In this document: positions 18,420 through 28,470 of the stretch, one piece after another
How positions within the stretch are numbered: the first letter of the stretch is position 1
Layout: each line of letters begins with the position of its first letter
From: Patescibacteria group bacterium
GTDB taxonomy: Bacteria > Patescibacteriota > Saccharimonadia > CAILAD01 > BJGX01
Assembly (NCBI GenBank): GCA_009691555.1
Contig: SICB01000001.1
Coordinates: forward strand, 1 to 42,074
Length of the DNA: 42,074 nucleotides
Direction: 5' to 3'
Position numbers and translations under genes: made by a program
The notes under the pieces: model-generated
Databases searched by the model: none
Seen by the model: the letters and a program-made list of their open reading frames with translations, nothing else
Told to the model about the DNA's origin: nothing

Positions 18420-19655
18420 ATGGCTGCAAAAAACGAGGAAACATACGTAGGAATCGACATCGGTACCAGCAAAGTGGTCTGTGTTGTTGGTTTGCACCAA
18501 GAAGACTCGGCGCTGCCTAGCATCATCGGTCTTGGTGTCTCGCCAACATCTGGATTGCGCCGTGGCGTGGTAGTGGATGTCGAGGAGACAGTCAGCTCTA
18601 TTACAGCTGCACTCGAAGAAGCCGAACGAATGAGTGGCATTGCCATCGAGCGAGCGACCATTTCGGTCGATGGAGCGCACATTCATAGCAAGAACTCTAA
18701 AGGCGTAATTGCGGTGTCTCGGGCCGACCACGAAATAACCAAAGAAGAGCTGTCGCGTGTAGAGGTAGCCTCAACTGCAATTCAGCTTGAGTCGAACAGA
18801 CAGATTTTACAGGTGATACCCAGAAATTATAGTGTCGATGGCCAGCCTGGTATTGCCGACCCCGTCGGAATGAATGGTATTCGGCTTGAAGTCGATACGC
18901 ACATCATCACTGGTTCCAGCCCAGCCCTCAAAAATCTAGAAAATGCCGTTTTTAGGTCTGGCATTCAAATTAACGGCCAGTTTATCGTACCAATCGCAGC
19001 TGCCAGGACAGTATTGACCAAAAAACAAATGGAACTCGGCGTAGCATTGGTGCATATCGGCTCCGAAACTACCGGAATTGCCATCTACAACGAAGGAAAG
19101 CTATCATATACCAACATCATCCCGCTCGGTTCAAATAACATCACCAAAGATTTAGTGTACGGTCTCAGGACTAATATCGAAATTGCAGACAAGATAAAAC
19201 TCAAATATGGCTCGGCTCAGCACCCCGGCCGATCTGACCACCAAAAAATAGACCTCTCGGAGTTTGGTGGCAAAGGTGTTGCTATGAAAGGCGACATCGA
19301 TAAGATTATCTTTGCCAGAGCCAGTGAAATATTTACACTTGTGGCACAAGAAATAGCCAAAGTCGACCAAAGACAGCAGCTTGCGGCAGGGGTAGTGCTT
19401 ACAGGTGGGGGATCGAACATGCCCGAAGTGGCCGAATTTGCCAAAAGCTTCGTAAAACTCCCGACCATCGTCGGATCGAGTCAAAAATACACTGGTGTTT
19501 CAGATAAAATCACCGATCCCTCCTACGCCACAGCAATTGGGCTGATGCTAGAAGATATGGATGTACCTAAAAGTAAAGCAAATAACGTTTTTGACGGCAT
19601 ATTGGGCAGAATAGTCCATAAAGCCAAAACTATCTTTAAGGGCCTGATGCCTTAG
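18420..19655 (+). CDS. ftsA: Cell division protein FtsA
   Basis: GIDIGTSK, GVVLTGGG, YATAIGL; upstream of ftsZ. Confidence 0.96.
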   Translation: MAAKNEETYVGIDIGTSKVVCVVGLHQEDSALPSIIGLGVSPTSGLRRGVVVDVEETVSSITAALEEAERMSGIAIERATISVDGAHIHSKNSKGVIAVSRADHEITKEELSRVEVASTAIQLESNRQILQVIPRNYSVDGQPGIADPVGMNGIRLEVDTHIITGSSPALKNLENAVFRSGIQINGQFIVPIAAARTVLTKKQMELGVALVHIGSETTGIAIYNEGKLSYTNIIPLGSNNITKDLVYGLRTNIEIADKIKLKYGSAQHPGRSDHQKIDLSEFGGKGVAMKGDIDKIIFARASEIFTLVAQEIAKVDQRQQLAAGVVLTGGGSNMPEVAEFAKSFVKLPTIVGSSQKYTGVSDKITDPSYATAIGLMLEDMDVPKSKANNVFDGILGRIVHKAKTIFKGLMP

Positions 19656-19950
19656 CCAATGCTCTTAGAACGCCCAATCCGACCATAATTGAGCTGCTTT
19701 GTTAAAATAGGCAGCTTTTTGTATTATTAGAGCCCTTGATAATTAAAAGAACAAATAAATTATTAAATAGAACACATTTTTTATAGCTAATAAATATCAA
19801 ATAAACTTGAACAAATATGTTGCATATGGCGTTGTATACATATATAATTACAAGTATCCTTTTACTATTAAAAGGTATGTGGTAAGGCAGTTTATATCTG
19901 GAAGGATGGTTTCCTTCCATAGCAATTATCAAACCAGTGAGGTGAAAATT

Positions 19951-21363
19951 ATGGCAGAGATACTCCCAGAAATCGAAACATTTGCACGCATCAAGGTTGT
20001 CGGTATCGGCGGCGGCGGCGGCAATGCCTTAAATAGGATGGTCCAATCCAAACTAAGAGGCATTGATTTTGTTGCCATCAATACCGACGCTCAGGCCCTA
20101 CATTGGTCTCAGGCCAATAATAAAGTTCATATTGGCAAGGAAGCCACCAGGGGGCTTGGTGCTGGGGCTGACCCTGATGTCGGACGCCAGGCAGCCGAGG
20201 AGAGTGAAGAAGATATCTATAATGCTCTCAAGCACTCCGAGATGGTTTTTATTACTGCCGGTTATGGTGGAGGCACCGGATCGGGCGCCGCCCCGATTGT
20301 TGCCAAGATAGCCAGAGATATTGGCGCACTGACGGTCGCTATTATTACCAAACCATTTGGTTTTGAGGGCGAAAGACGCCGTAAAATAGCCGAGGCTGGT
20401 ATTGCCGAGCTAAAAGATAAGGTCGATACCCTAATTATTATCCCAAACGACAGAATATTACAATTAGTTGACCGTAAAACACCGCTGGTCGATGCTTTCG
20501 GAACAGTCGATGATGTTTTGAAACAAGGAGTGCAGGGAATTGCCGACCTTATCACTATCAACGGCTTGGTTAATTTGGATTTTGCTGATGTCAAATCGAT
20601 TATGAGCAACGCCGGCTCGGCGCTGATGGGAATCGGTGAGGGCACTGGCGACACTCGAGCTATTGACGCCGTCAAATACGCTATGGATTCGCCACTATTG
20701 GAAGTTTCGATACAAGGCGCGAAGGGCGTTTTAATCAACTTCACAGGTGGTCGCGATATGGGAATGCACGAGATCGAAGAGGCCGCCAAGCTAATTCATG
20801 ATTCGGTCGATCCGGACGCTAACATTATATGGGGTACAGTGCTAGATGAAAACCTAACCGGCGCCATTAGAGTAACCTTGGTTGCAACTGGCTTTGATGG
20901 CGAAAGAAACCACAAGGGCAGCCTGAACAACGATGCCCGCACCGAGCACTCTAGTATTTATATGAGTACAGCAGATACCATGGACATCGAAGATACACCA
21001 TTTCTGAAGCCCAAAGACGCTCAGCCGATATTTGACGATATCGAAGACCACACACCACTCGTTACAGCTACACCAGAAATCCTGGACGACTTCGACGTCG
21101 AACCTTCGGTAGATACTGACAACCAGCCAGCGACAGAGAAACCAAGCGAGCCGGACGAGTTCGAATTTGACGAATCTATCTATGATGCTGAATCGACCAA
21201 TAGTGGTTTCACTGACGAACCTATAATAGATACAATGCCAACAGATTTTGATAAAGAAGAACCCAGATACATCCCAGCTTACGAAAGATTCGGAATCAAA
21301 ATTGGTCGGACTAAGTCAAAAAATGACGACGACATACCAAGCATCGTAAAGAAAAAGCTCTAG
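19951..21363 (+). CDS. ftsZ: Cell division protein FtsZ with long acidic C-terminal linker
   Basis: GGGGGNA, GGGTGSG, NLDFADV; GAGGTG SD before ATG 19951; terminal DIPS core. Confidence 0.97.
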   Translation: MAEILPEIETFARIKVVGIGGGGGNALNRMVQSKLRGIDFVAINTDAQALHWSQANNKVHIGKEATRGLGAGADPDVGRQAAEESEEDIYNALKHSEMVFITAGYGGGTGSGAAPIVAKIARDIGALTVAIITKPFGFEGERRRKIAEAGIAELKDKVDTLIIIPNDRILQLVDRKTPLVDAFGTVDDVLKQGVQGIADLITINGLVNLDFADVKSIMSNAGSALMGIGEGTGDTRAIDAVKYAMDSPLLEVSIQGAKGVLINFTGGRDMGMHEIEEAAKLIHDSVDPDANIIWGTVLDENLTGAIRVTLVATGFDGERNHKGSLNNDARTEHSSIYMSTADTMDIEDTPFLKPKDAQPIFDDIEDHTPLVTATPEILDDFDVEPSVDTDNQPATEKPSEPDEFEFDESIYDAESTNSGFTDEPIIDTMPTDFDKEEPRYIPAYERFGIKIGRTKSKNDDDIPSIVKKKL

Positions 21364-21374
21364 GATAACGTGTC

Positions 21375-21833
21375 GTGAAGTGCCCAGTTTGTAGCTTGCG
21401 GGTCAGTAGGGTACTTGAGTCGCGTGATGTCGAGGAGGCTAGCTCAATTCGCCGTCGCCGCGAATGTCTTGACTGTAAACACCGTTTTACAACCTATGAG
21501 CGACCAGAAGTACCAAACCTAATGGTGGTCAAGAAGAACGGCGAGCGGGAGCTGTTTAATAGAGAAAAACTTTCAAGAGGTATTTATAGAGCTTTCGAAA
21601 AACGACCAATCGGAGCTGTCAAAATTGAAGAGATTATATCCGAAGTCGAACGCCTGGCGCGCGGCATGGATCAGCCCGAGCTCGACACCAATAAAATAGG
21701 GGCGATAGTTATGGACGAACTTTTGCAGACTGATGACGTCGCCTATGTCAGGTTCGCCAGCGTCTACCGAAGCTTCACCAGCCTATCAAGTTTCGAAAAA
21801 GAACTTACCAAAATCAAAAAACTCCATAATTAG
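21375..21833 (+). CDS. nrdR: Transcriptional repressor NrdR
   Basis: CPVC..IRRRREC..RFTTYE zinc ribbon, ATP cone, AYVRFASVY. Confidence 0.97.
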   Translation: MKCPVCSLRVSRVLESRDVEEASSIRRRRECLDCKHRFTTYERPEVPNLMVVKKNGERELFNREKLSRGIYRAFEKRPIGAVKIEEIISEVERLARGMDQPELDTNKIGAIVMDELLQTDDVAYVRFASVYRSFTSLSSFEKELTKIKKLHN

Positions 21834-21859
21834 CAGCCTTGTGCTAAAATAATAAGCAA

Positions 21860-22126
21860 ATGAAAGCACTATTGTTTGATCGTAAATCAGATACTAACTC
21901 GCACAAGCTTGAGCTTAATGGTCTCAAAAAAAACCTTGCCATTAATAAGGTTAGAGTACAAGAGGTAGATGCCGATTCGCCCAGTGGTATAGGTATGGCC
22001 GAGAGCTACGATATTCTGAGTTTTCCGGCGGTACTTTTGATACGCGAAGATGGAGTTGTTCAAAAAGTCTGGCAAGGACATCTCCCTGCCAATAATGAAA
22101 TCCACGAGTCTATCGGCTACATCTAG
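21860..22126 (+). CDS. Hypothetical thioredoxin-fold-like protein without cysteines
   Basis: VDAD..G..MAESYDILSFPAVLLI resembles a Trx C-terminal half; no CxxC. Confidence 0.6.
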   Translation: MKALLFDRKSDTNSHKLELNGLKKNLAINKVRVQEVDADSPSGIGMAESYDILSFPAVLLIREDGVVQKVWQGHLPANNEIHESIGYI

Positions 22127-22164
22127 TAAAAAAGTGCAAATACTACTATAATAACTTCTAGTTA

Positions 22165-22454
22165 GGGCGTTAGTATAACGATTGGTTATTAGCGACTGGT
22201 TATCAGCCAGTAGTGCGTATTGCGCAGCGCCACGGGAAGAAATCCTTGCAAGCAAGCTTGCACCAGACAGTAGAACCCGTCGTCAAGGGCCGCGTTAGAG
22301 CCACAAATAAGTGTTGGGCTTCTGGTAGTCTCTGATAGCTTGGAGATTTAAAGAGGGGCTCAAAAGTCAGGTGGTACCGTTCGCCCTTATCATTAAGTAG
22401 CGAACCCTGACACCGCGCCGAGCAATTGGTTTTTAAAGCGGTGTTTTATTATTT
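22165..22454 (+). promoter_or_regulatory. T-box riboswitch (Ile) upstream of ileS
   Basis: Antiterminator GTCAGG-TGGTACC-GTTCGC...GCGAAC-CCTGAC (22366-22411); Stem II ACGGG-AAGAA...AGTAGAA-CCCGT; hairpin ACTGGT-TATCA-GCCAGT with ATC; downstream ACACCGC/GCGGTGT plus T-rich tract. Confidence 0.9.
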
Positions 22455-22467
22455 AAGGGAGAAAACC

Positions 22468-25371
22468 ATGAAAAAGATACCACAGTACCGACCCAGAGAA
22501 GTCGAAGAAGAAATGCTCAAGGTTTGGAGCAAAGAAAAAACCTTTGAGGCCTCGCTAGATAAAACCAAAAATGGTCAGCCATTTAGTTTTTATGATGGCC
22601 CTCCATTTGCCAACGGCCTGCCACATTTTGGACACAGCCTAGTGACTAGCATTAAGGATTCGATTGGTCGATTCCAGACCATGCGCGGTAGGTACGTGGA
22701 CCGCCGTAATGGCTGGGATTGTCATGGCCTGCCGGTCGAGTTTGAAATTGAGAAAAAATTTAATGTCTCGGGCAAACAGCAAATCACGGAACTCGGTTTG
22801 GAAAAGTTCAACCAAGCCTGCCGGGATTCGGTTTTTACATATAAAAGTGATTGGGAAGATTTTTTTGATCGCATCGGTCGATGGACGGACAAAGACAAGG
22901 CCTACGCCACCATCGACAATACCTACATCGAGTCGGTTTGGTGGACTTTCGCGCAGATTTATAAAAAAGGCCTGATATATAAGGGCTTCAAGTGCATGCC
23001 ATACTGCCCGCGCTGCACCACACCGCTCAGCAATTTTGAGGTCAATGAAGGCTACAGAGATGATGTCTCGGACCCCAGCGTCATAGTAAAGTTCAAATTA
23101 GCTGATGATGATGCAAGCTTGTTGGCCTGGACAACCACACCCTGGAGCTTGCCAGGCAACAGCGCCCTAGCCGTGAAGCCAGATGCCCAATACTTAGTTA
23201 TAAATACCACTGCCGATGGATCAAACGAAAAGCTGATTGTAGCCAAAGATCGACTCGAAAGCCTAAAGCTGGAAAGCTACGAAATACTCGATACAATACT
23301 CGGAAGCGACTTGGTCGGAAAGAGCTATCAGCCATTATTCACTATCAAAGACTTTCAGCCTACCAACAATAGTTACAAGGTTTGGTCGGCCGATTTTGTA
23401 AGCGTTGAAGATGGTACCGGCATACTGCATGTGGCGCCGGCTTTTGGCGAAGATGACCTTGCCTTGAGTCAGGCTAACGATATACCACTAATTAATACCA
23501 TCGACCTCAACGGAAAAGTCAAAACTGCTATCGGGCTAGAATTTATCGAAGGCAAGTTCTTTAAATCGGCCGATAAGCTAGTGATAGAACATCTGACCGA
23601 GCAAGGTAATATTTACTCGGCCGAGACCTTTGCGCACACCTACCCATTTTGTTATCGCTGCGAAACCCCGCTACTATATTATGCTATCGATACCTGGTTT
23701 GTGGCAGTTTCGTCGATCAAAAAACAGCTAAAAGATACTGCCCAAGATATCAACTGGACGCCCGACAATATCAAAGAAGGCCGTTTTGGTAGGTGGCTAG
23801 ATGGCGCCCGCGACTGGGCCATATCGCGCAATCGCTACTGGGGTGCTCCCGTCCCTATTTGGGTCAATCAAGACGACGATAGTGATATCTTGGTGGTCGA
23901 GAGTATCGAAGAGCTCAACCAACTGACCGATTCTGGCTTCGACCTGAGCGACTTGCACCGGCCTTTTATCGATAAAGTTACTATTAAAAAAGACGGTAAA
24001 ACTTACAGGCGCGTCGAAGAAGTTATCGATTGTTGGTTTGAGTCGGGCTCAATGCCAATTGCCCAGCAGCATTATCCTTTCGAAAACAATGCTAAATTTG
24101 AGCAGAGCTTTCCGGCCGATTATATCGGAGAAGGTCTCGACCAAACTAGGCTTTGGTTTTATGTTTTGCATGTCATATCGACGATTGTTTTTGATAAGCC
24201 AGCCTATAAAAATGTTGTGGTCAATGGGCTAATTACCGCCAGTGACGGCCAGAAACTATCTAAGAGGTTAAAAAACTACCCACCCCTGCAAGAAGTATTT
24301 GACCTCGAGGGTGCCGACAGCCTGCGCTATTACTTACTATCTAGCGCACCGGCCTTGTCGGGCGAGTACATGCGCTTTGACAGGGATAGCCTCAAGGACA
24401 TCAACCGCAACTTATTTATGACACTCTACAATAGCGCGTCTTTTTTGAGCCTTTATACTGAAATCGACAAATGGAAGCCGACTAGCCTCGATAGACCGAT
24501 TGGGCTAGCCAACCCGCTCGATTTATGGCTAGTGGCTCGTGTCAGTGGCACGATAGCCGAAGTCACTGCTGCGGCTGACAATTTTGAAATAGCCAAAGCC
24601 AGCTGGCCCGTCTATAAGCTCGTCGATGATATGTCTAATTGGTATGTCCGAAGGAGCCGCCGCAGATTCTGGAAATCCGAAGACGATTCCGACAAACTCC
24701 AGGCCTACCAGACACTGCACTGGTCGCTGGTGACAATTTGTCAGTTGCTAGCTCCATGGGCGCCATTTATGAGTGATTGGCTGTACCGGCACCTGACCGA
24801 AGATATCGCCACCGCTCCTCGCTCGGTGCACCTCAGCGACTGGCCAAGCAGTGGCGAATCTGACCAGCAAATACTACAAGACATGGACATTGTTAGGCGC
24901 TACGTCAATGACGGCCTGGCCAAGCGGTCTGAAAATAAAATAAAGGTTCGTCAGCCATTGGCAACTGCCACCATAAAAGGGCCCGACAAAATAGCCCAAG
25001 ACTTAGTGGATATTATTTGTGAAGAGCTTAATGTCAAAAAGGTTCAATACCAAAAGAGCAATGACATTTCGGTGGATATCGATACGACTATCACGCCATC
25101 ACTCAAAAACGAAGGTATCGCCAGAGAGATAGTCCGAAACATCCAATCTTGCCGAAAGGAAGCTGGCCTGCAAATAGAAAACCGTATCAAGCTTTCCTTG
25201 CGCACCGACTCAGCAGAAATCGCCTCGGCTGTCGCTGAATTTGAAAAGCTAATAGCACTAGAGACCCTGACCCAGCAGTATTCGTCACGCTCAGAGGGGT
25301 ACCAATTCGTAAAGACAGTTTCCTTAGAAGGCCACGAGCTGACTATAGAGCTCGAAAAATATGAAGCGTAA
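22468..25371 (+). CDS. ileS: Isoleucine--tRNA ligase, IleRS2-type
   Basis: YDGPPFANGLPHFGH, GWDCHGLP, WTTTPW, KLSKRLKNYP, WYVRRSRRRFW; AAGGGAG SD. Confidence 0.97.
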   Translation: MKKIPQYRPREVEEEMLKVWSKEKTFEASLDKTKNGQPFSFYDGPPFANGLPHFGHSLVTSIKDSIGRFQTMRGRYVDRRNGWDCHGLPVEFEIEKKFNVSGKQQITELGLEKFNQACRDSVFTYKSDWEDFFDRIGRWTDKDKAYATIDNTYIESVWWTFAQIYKKGLIYKGFKCMPYCPRCTTPLSNFEVNEGYRDDVSDPSVIVKFKLADDDASLLAWTTTPWSLPGNSALAVKPDAQYLVINTTADGSNEKLIVAKDRLESLKLESYEILDTILGSDLVGKSYQPLFTIKDFQPTNNSYKVWSADFVSVEDGTGILHVAPAFGEDDLALSQANDIPLINTIDLNGKVKTAIGLEFIEGKFFKSADKLVIEHLTEQGNIYSAETFAHTYPFCYRCETPLLYYAIDTWFVAVSSIKKQLKDTAQDINWTPDNIKEGRFGRWLDGARDWAISRNRYWGAPVPIWVNQDDDSDILVVESIEELNQLTDSGFDLSDLHRPFIDKVTIKKDGKTYRRVEEVIDCWFESGSMPIAQQHYPFENNAKFEQSFPADYIGEGLDQTRLWFYVLHVISTIVFDKPAYKNVVVNGLITASDGQKLSKRLKNYPPLQEVFDLEGADSLRYYLLSSAPALSGEYMRFDRDSLKDINRNLFMTLYNSASFLSLYTEIDKWKPTSLDRPIGLANPLDLWLVARVSGTIAEVTAAADNFEIAKASWPVYKLVDDMSNWYVRRSRRRFWKSEDDSDKLQAYQTLHWSLVTICQLLAPWAPFMSDWLYRHLTEDIATAPRSVHLSDWPSSGESDQQILQDMDIVRRYVNDGLAKRSENKIKVRQPLATATIKGPDKIAQDLVDIICEELNVKKVQYQKSNDISVDIDTTITPSLKNEGIAREIVRNIQSCRKEAGLQIENRIKLSLRTDSAEIASAVAEFEKLIALETLTQQYSSRSEGYQFVKTVSLEGHELTIELEKYEA

Positions 25372-26488
25372 AACAATTTGGCTGGCTGGTAATTTTGATA
25401 ATCTTTTGCTGGCCGCCACGGCGCTACTCGTAACCCTAGGCTTGATAGTGCTCTACTCGCTTGGTATTAAAGCCAAACAAGTTTCTAATCAGCTCGATAG
25501 TACCAGGCAAATAGTCTATGCCCTGATTGGCGTTTTTCTTTTGGTACTGGCCGCCAGAAACGACTACAAGATTCTCAAAAACTATAGCGGAATATTGTAC
25601 GTTTTTATGATTGTCTCACTCTTAGCGGTGGAGTTTTTTGGTGCTTCAAGGCTTGGAGCCACTCGTTGGATAGCACTGGGGCCATTTCAGTTTCAGCCAT
25701 CTGAGCTGGCAAAACTAATCCTAATAATTGTGCTGGCTAAGTTTTATGCCCAAAACTTCGACTTTACCGGCCAGCTGAGGTTTTTGGTTAGGTCGCTGGT
25801 GTACTGTCTGCCGGCGATATTTTTAGTGCTAGTTCAGCCAGACCTTGGAACAGCAATTGTGCTAGCATCGATATGGCTGGTCATGACACTAGCTACTAAA
25901 GTCAAAAAGAAATACCTGCTAGCGCTGTTTATGGTCTTATTATTATCGATGCCGATAGTCTATCCGATGCTCAAAGATTACCAGAGGCAGCGTATCGATA
26001 CATTCTTGCAGCCATCCAAGGACCCGAGCGGCACAGGCTATAATGTCAATCAGGCGATAATTGCAGTTGGCTCGGGAGGGTTATACGGCCAAGGATTGGG
26101 AGCCGGAAGTCAAAGCCAGGGCAATTTTTTGCCAAGTTCGCACACCGACTTTGTATTTGCAGTCTTGGCCGAGAAATTGGGATTTTTGGGGGCTTTGGTT
26201 TGTATACTGCTGTTCGTGGCTGTGATAGCTAGAATGATAGTCGATGCCACCCTCAGCCATGACCGTTTTGGAAGCCTGCTGTGCATTGGTATCGCCACAA
26301 TGTTTGTGGTGCATGTGATGGTTAATATTGGTATGAACCTCGGTATTATGCCAGTTACAGGTATACCGTTACCATTCATATCGTTCGGCGGAACTAGCCT
26401 AATGGTAAGCCTTTCTGCTATTGGCTTGGTCGAGAGTGTTTATTTTAGAAGGCGCGGTCGAGAGCTCAAGGACTCGGAGTTAGTATAA
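25361..26488 (+). CDS. rodA: SEDS family peptidoglycan glycosyltransferase RodA
   Basis: GATRWI, FQPSE, QPDLGT, HTDFVF, GIPLPFISFGG motifs. Confidence 0.92.
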   Translation: MKRKTIWLAGNFDNLLLAATALLVTLGLIVLYSLGIKAKQVSNQLDSTRQIVYALIGVFLLVLAARNDYKILKNYSGILYVFMIVSLLAVEFFGASRLGATRWIALGPFQFQPSELAKLILIIVLAKFYAQNFDFTGQLRFLVRSLVYCLPAIFLVLVQPDLGTAIVLASIWLVMTLATKVKKKYLLALFMVLLLSMPIVYPMLKDYQRQRIDTFLQPSKDPSGTGYNVNQAIIAVGSGGLYGQGLGAGSQSQGNFLPSSHTDFVFAVLAEKLGFLGALVCILLFVAVIARMIVDATLSHDRFGSLLCIGIATMFVVHVMVNIGMNLGIMPVTGIPLPFISFGGTSLMVSLSAIGLVESVYFRRRGRELKDSELV

Positions 26489-27019
26489 ATGCGAACCAAA
26501 AAAATACTAACTATCGGAGTAGTACTTGTTTTGGCTGGAGTAGCCGTATGGTTTAGCAAAACCAGCGCCACTCCAGTCAAAACCTCAAATCGCGAAACCT
26601 ATGAGGTCAAAAAAGTTGATGACGGCGATACGCTCCAGATATTTCGCTACGGACGCAGCGAAAAAGTTCGTTTTATAGGCATCGATACACCAGAAACTGT
26701 TGATCCTCGCAAGCCGGTGCAGTGTTTTGGCAAGGAGGCTTCAGCAAAAACCAAACAGCTACTGACTGGCAAAACAATACGAATCGAATTTGACCCGATT
26801 GTTGGAGAGCGCGATAAGTACGACCGTTTGCTAGCCTATGTCTGGCTGGACAGTGAGCTCATTAATTTGACTTTGCTGCGTGAGGGCTACGCCCACGAAT
26901 ACACCTACCGCTCCCAGGCCTACAAGTACCAAAGCGACTTCAAGCAAGCCGAGGCCGGGGCTCGACAAAGCGAAGTTGGGCTATGGTCGCCACAAACTTG
27001 CGCTGGGGTCACAAAGTAA
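26489..27019 (+). CDS. Thermonuclease (SNase-like) with N-terminal signal/anchor
   Basis: DDGDT, VRFIGIDTPE, DKYDRLLAYV, GLW motifs. Confidence 0.93.
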   Translation: MRTKKILTIGVVLVLAGVAVWFSKTSATPVKTSNRETYEVKKVDDGDTLQIFRYGRSEKVRFIGIDTPETVDPRKPVQCFGKEASAKTKQLLTGKTIRIEFDPIVGERDKYDRLLAYVWLDSELINLTLLREGYAHEYTYRSQAYKYQSDFKQAEAGARQSEVGLWSPQTCAGVTK

Positions 27020-27024
27020 CTAAA

Positions 27025-27519
27025 ATGAAAAAAATTATGAAACAGCCTTTTGACCCAACCAAAAAACACCGCGAGCGAGAGCTAATTCAAGATTTCGTTA
27101 ATATCTGCCCAGATTTTGCTGGCTGGGAGTTTCAGGCTTATTCCGAAAACCCAGATATGGCCTACGTCAAAGACGGCAAGCAACTGGGTTTTGATAGCGT
27201 CATCATCTCAGACGACCAAGCCTCCGTGCAGTGTGTTTATAGCCCGCAGCTGTGCCGGCTATCTTTGCCTGCCAATCTGCCGCACGATCAGCGTCTTAAC
27301 CAAATTGAGGTATTTTTTGCTAATAAGCTCTTTACGCATCTTAGAAAATACAGCATACCGACGGTGCTGGTTTTTACGCTAGTAGACACTCGCAGCACTA
27401 GCTTTGCCGATATCGCCGCCATCGCCAAGCAGTTCGAGCTACCAAGGCTCGAGAGTTTTAATATACTGGCCTATTATATTTGCGATAACACCAATTATAT
27501 TAAGATTGCTTCGGCCTAG
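27025..27519 (+). CDS. Hypothetical protein, possible PD-(D/E)XK-like fold
   Basis: ORF fills the gap between genes; ENPD...LGFDS pattern. Confidence 0.6.
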   Translation: MKKIMKQPFDPTKKHRERELIQDFVNICPDFAGWEFQAYSENPDMAYVKDGKQLGFDSVIISDDQASVQCVYSPQLCRLSLPANLPHDQRLNQIEVFFANKLFTHLRKYSIPTVLVFTLVDTRSTSFADIAAIAKQFELPRLESFNILAYYICDNTNYIKIASA

Positions 27520-27589
27520 CTCTTCGTTTATAATTATAAGCATAAGCTTTAATTAAATTAATTGCCTTTATCGGCAACGAAGGAGTCAA

Positions 27590-28369
27590 ATGGCTAAGAA
27601 AAAGATTACGATTGAGGGTCTTCGAAAATTCAATATATTTATGTTCGTGTTTTTTGCAATTCAAGTGGCGGTGATGTTTATGATTGCCAATGCCAAGGTT
27701 AAGTTTCCGATTAATGTCAGCTACCTGACATTTAATACCGACACCAAGAGCCTCGACTCCGCCACCAAGGCTATATACCAGCTCCCATTGGTTTGGCCGA
27801 TTCTAGCATTCTTGGTTATTTGTATGCTAGCCCACCTGATAATTTCTACTATCTACTACCGCCGTTACAAAAAAGACCTCAAGGTCGGCATGAACCGAGC
27901 TCGCTGGATAGAATACAGTTTTTCGGCTAGCACCATGATTGTGGCAATTGCACTACTGACGGGCATCTACGACTTAGTTAGTCTAATTTGTTTATTCGCA
28001 CTGGTGATGGTCATGAATCTCTGTGGCCTGATAATGGAAATCCACAACCAAACTACCGAAAAAACAAAGTGGATTAGTTATATCGTGGGCTGTATTGCAG
28101 GCATCGTGCCCTGGATATGTATTGCAATTTATTTTTGGGCCAGTGCTTCTAATTCGACCTCTGGAGCCAAGATACCAGCCTTCGTTTATTGGATATTTAT
28201 TACTATCTTTTTATTTTTCAATTGTTTTGCTATCAACATGTTCTTACAATACAAAAAGTGGGGACCCTGGAAAAACTACCTCTACGGCGAGCGCGTTTAT
28301 ATTATTTTGAGCTTGGTAGCCAAAACGGCCCTAGCCTGGCAGGTATTCGCCGGTACTCTTAGGCCCTAA
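27590..28369 (+). CDS. heR: Heliorhodopsin
   Basis: 7 TM helices; RWIEYS in TM3, GCIAGIVPW, GERVYIILSLVAK with retinal Lys; AAGGAG SD. Confidence 0.95.
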   Translation: MAKKKITIEGLRKFNIFMFVFFAIQVAVMFMIANAKVKFPINVSYLTFNTDTKSLDSATKAIYQLPLVWPILAFLVICMLAHLIISTIYYRRYKKDLKVGMNRARWIEYSFSASTMIVAIALLTGIYDLVSLICLFALVMVMNLCGLIMEIHNQTTEKTKWISYIVGCIAGIVPWICIAIYFWASASNSTSGAKIPAFVYWIFITIFLFFNCFAINMFLQYKKWGPWKNYLYGERVYIILSLVAKTALAWQVFAGTLRP

Positions 28370-28470
28370 AAATGGCCCGCCGACACAAGCTCAAGTGTCC
28401 ATTCGGTATATTCTAGGTAGCCATTTATGGCTTAGGCAACATCGTCAAATTTTTTAAGTAGGCAGAGGCA

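Noticed and set aside
19807..19950. N-terminal extension of FtsZ in the ORF track
   Set aside because: AT-rich non-coding character; SD and FtsZ-like sequence begin at ATG 19951
21887..22255. 122-aa minus-strand ORF
   Set aside because: Overlaps a plus-strand gene and the T-box leader
22426..22467. ileS start at 22426
   Set aside because: Lies inside the T-box terminator; SD supports ATG 22468
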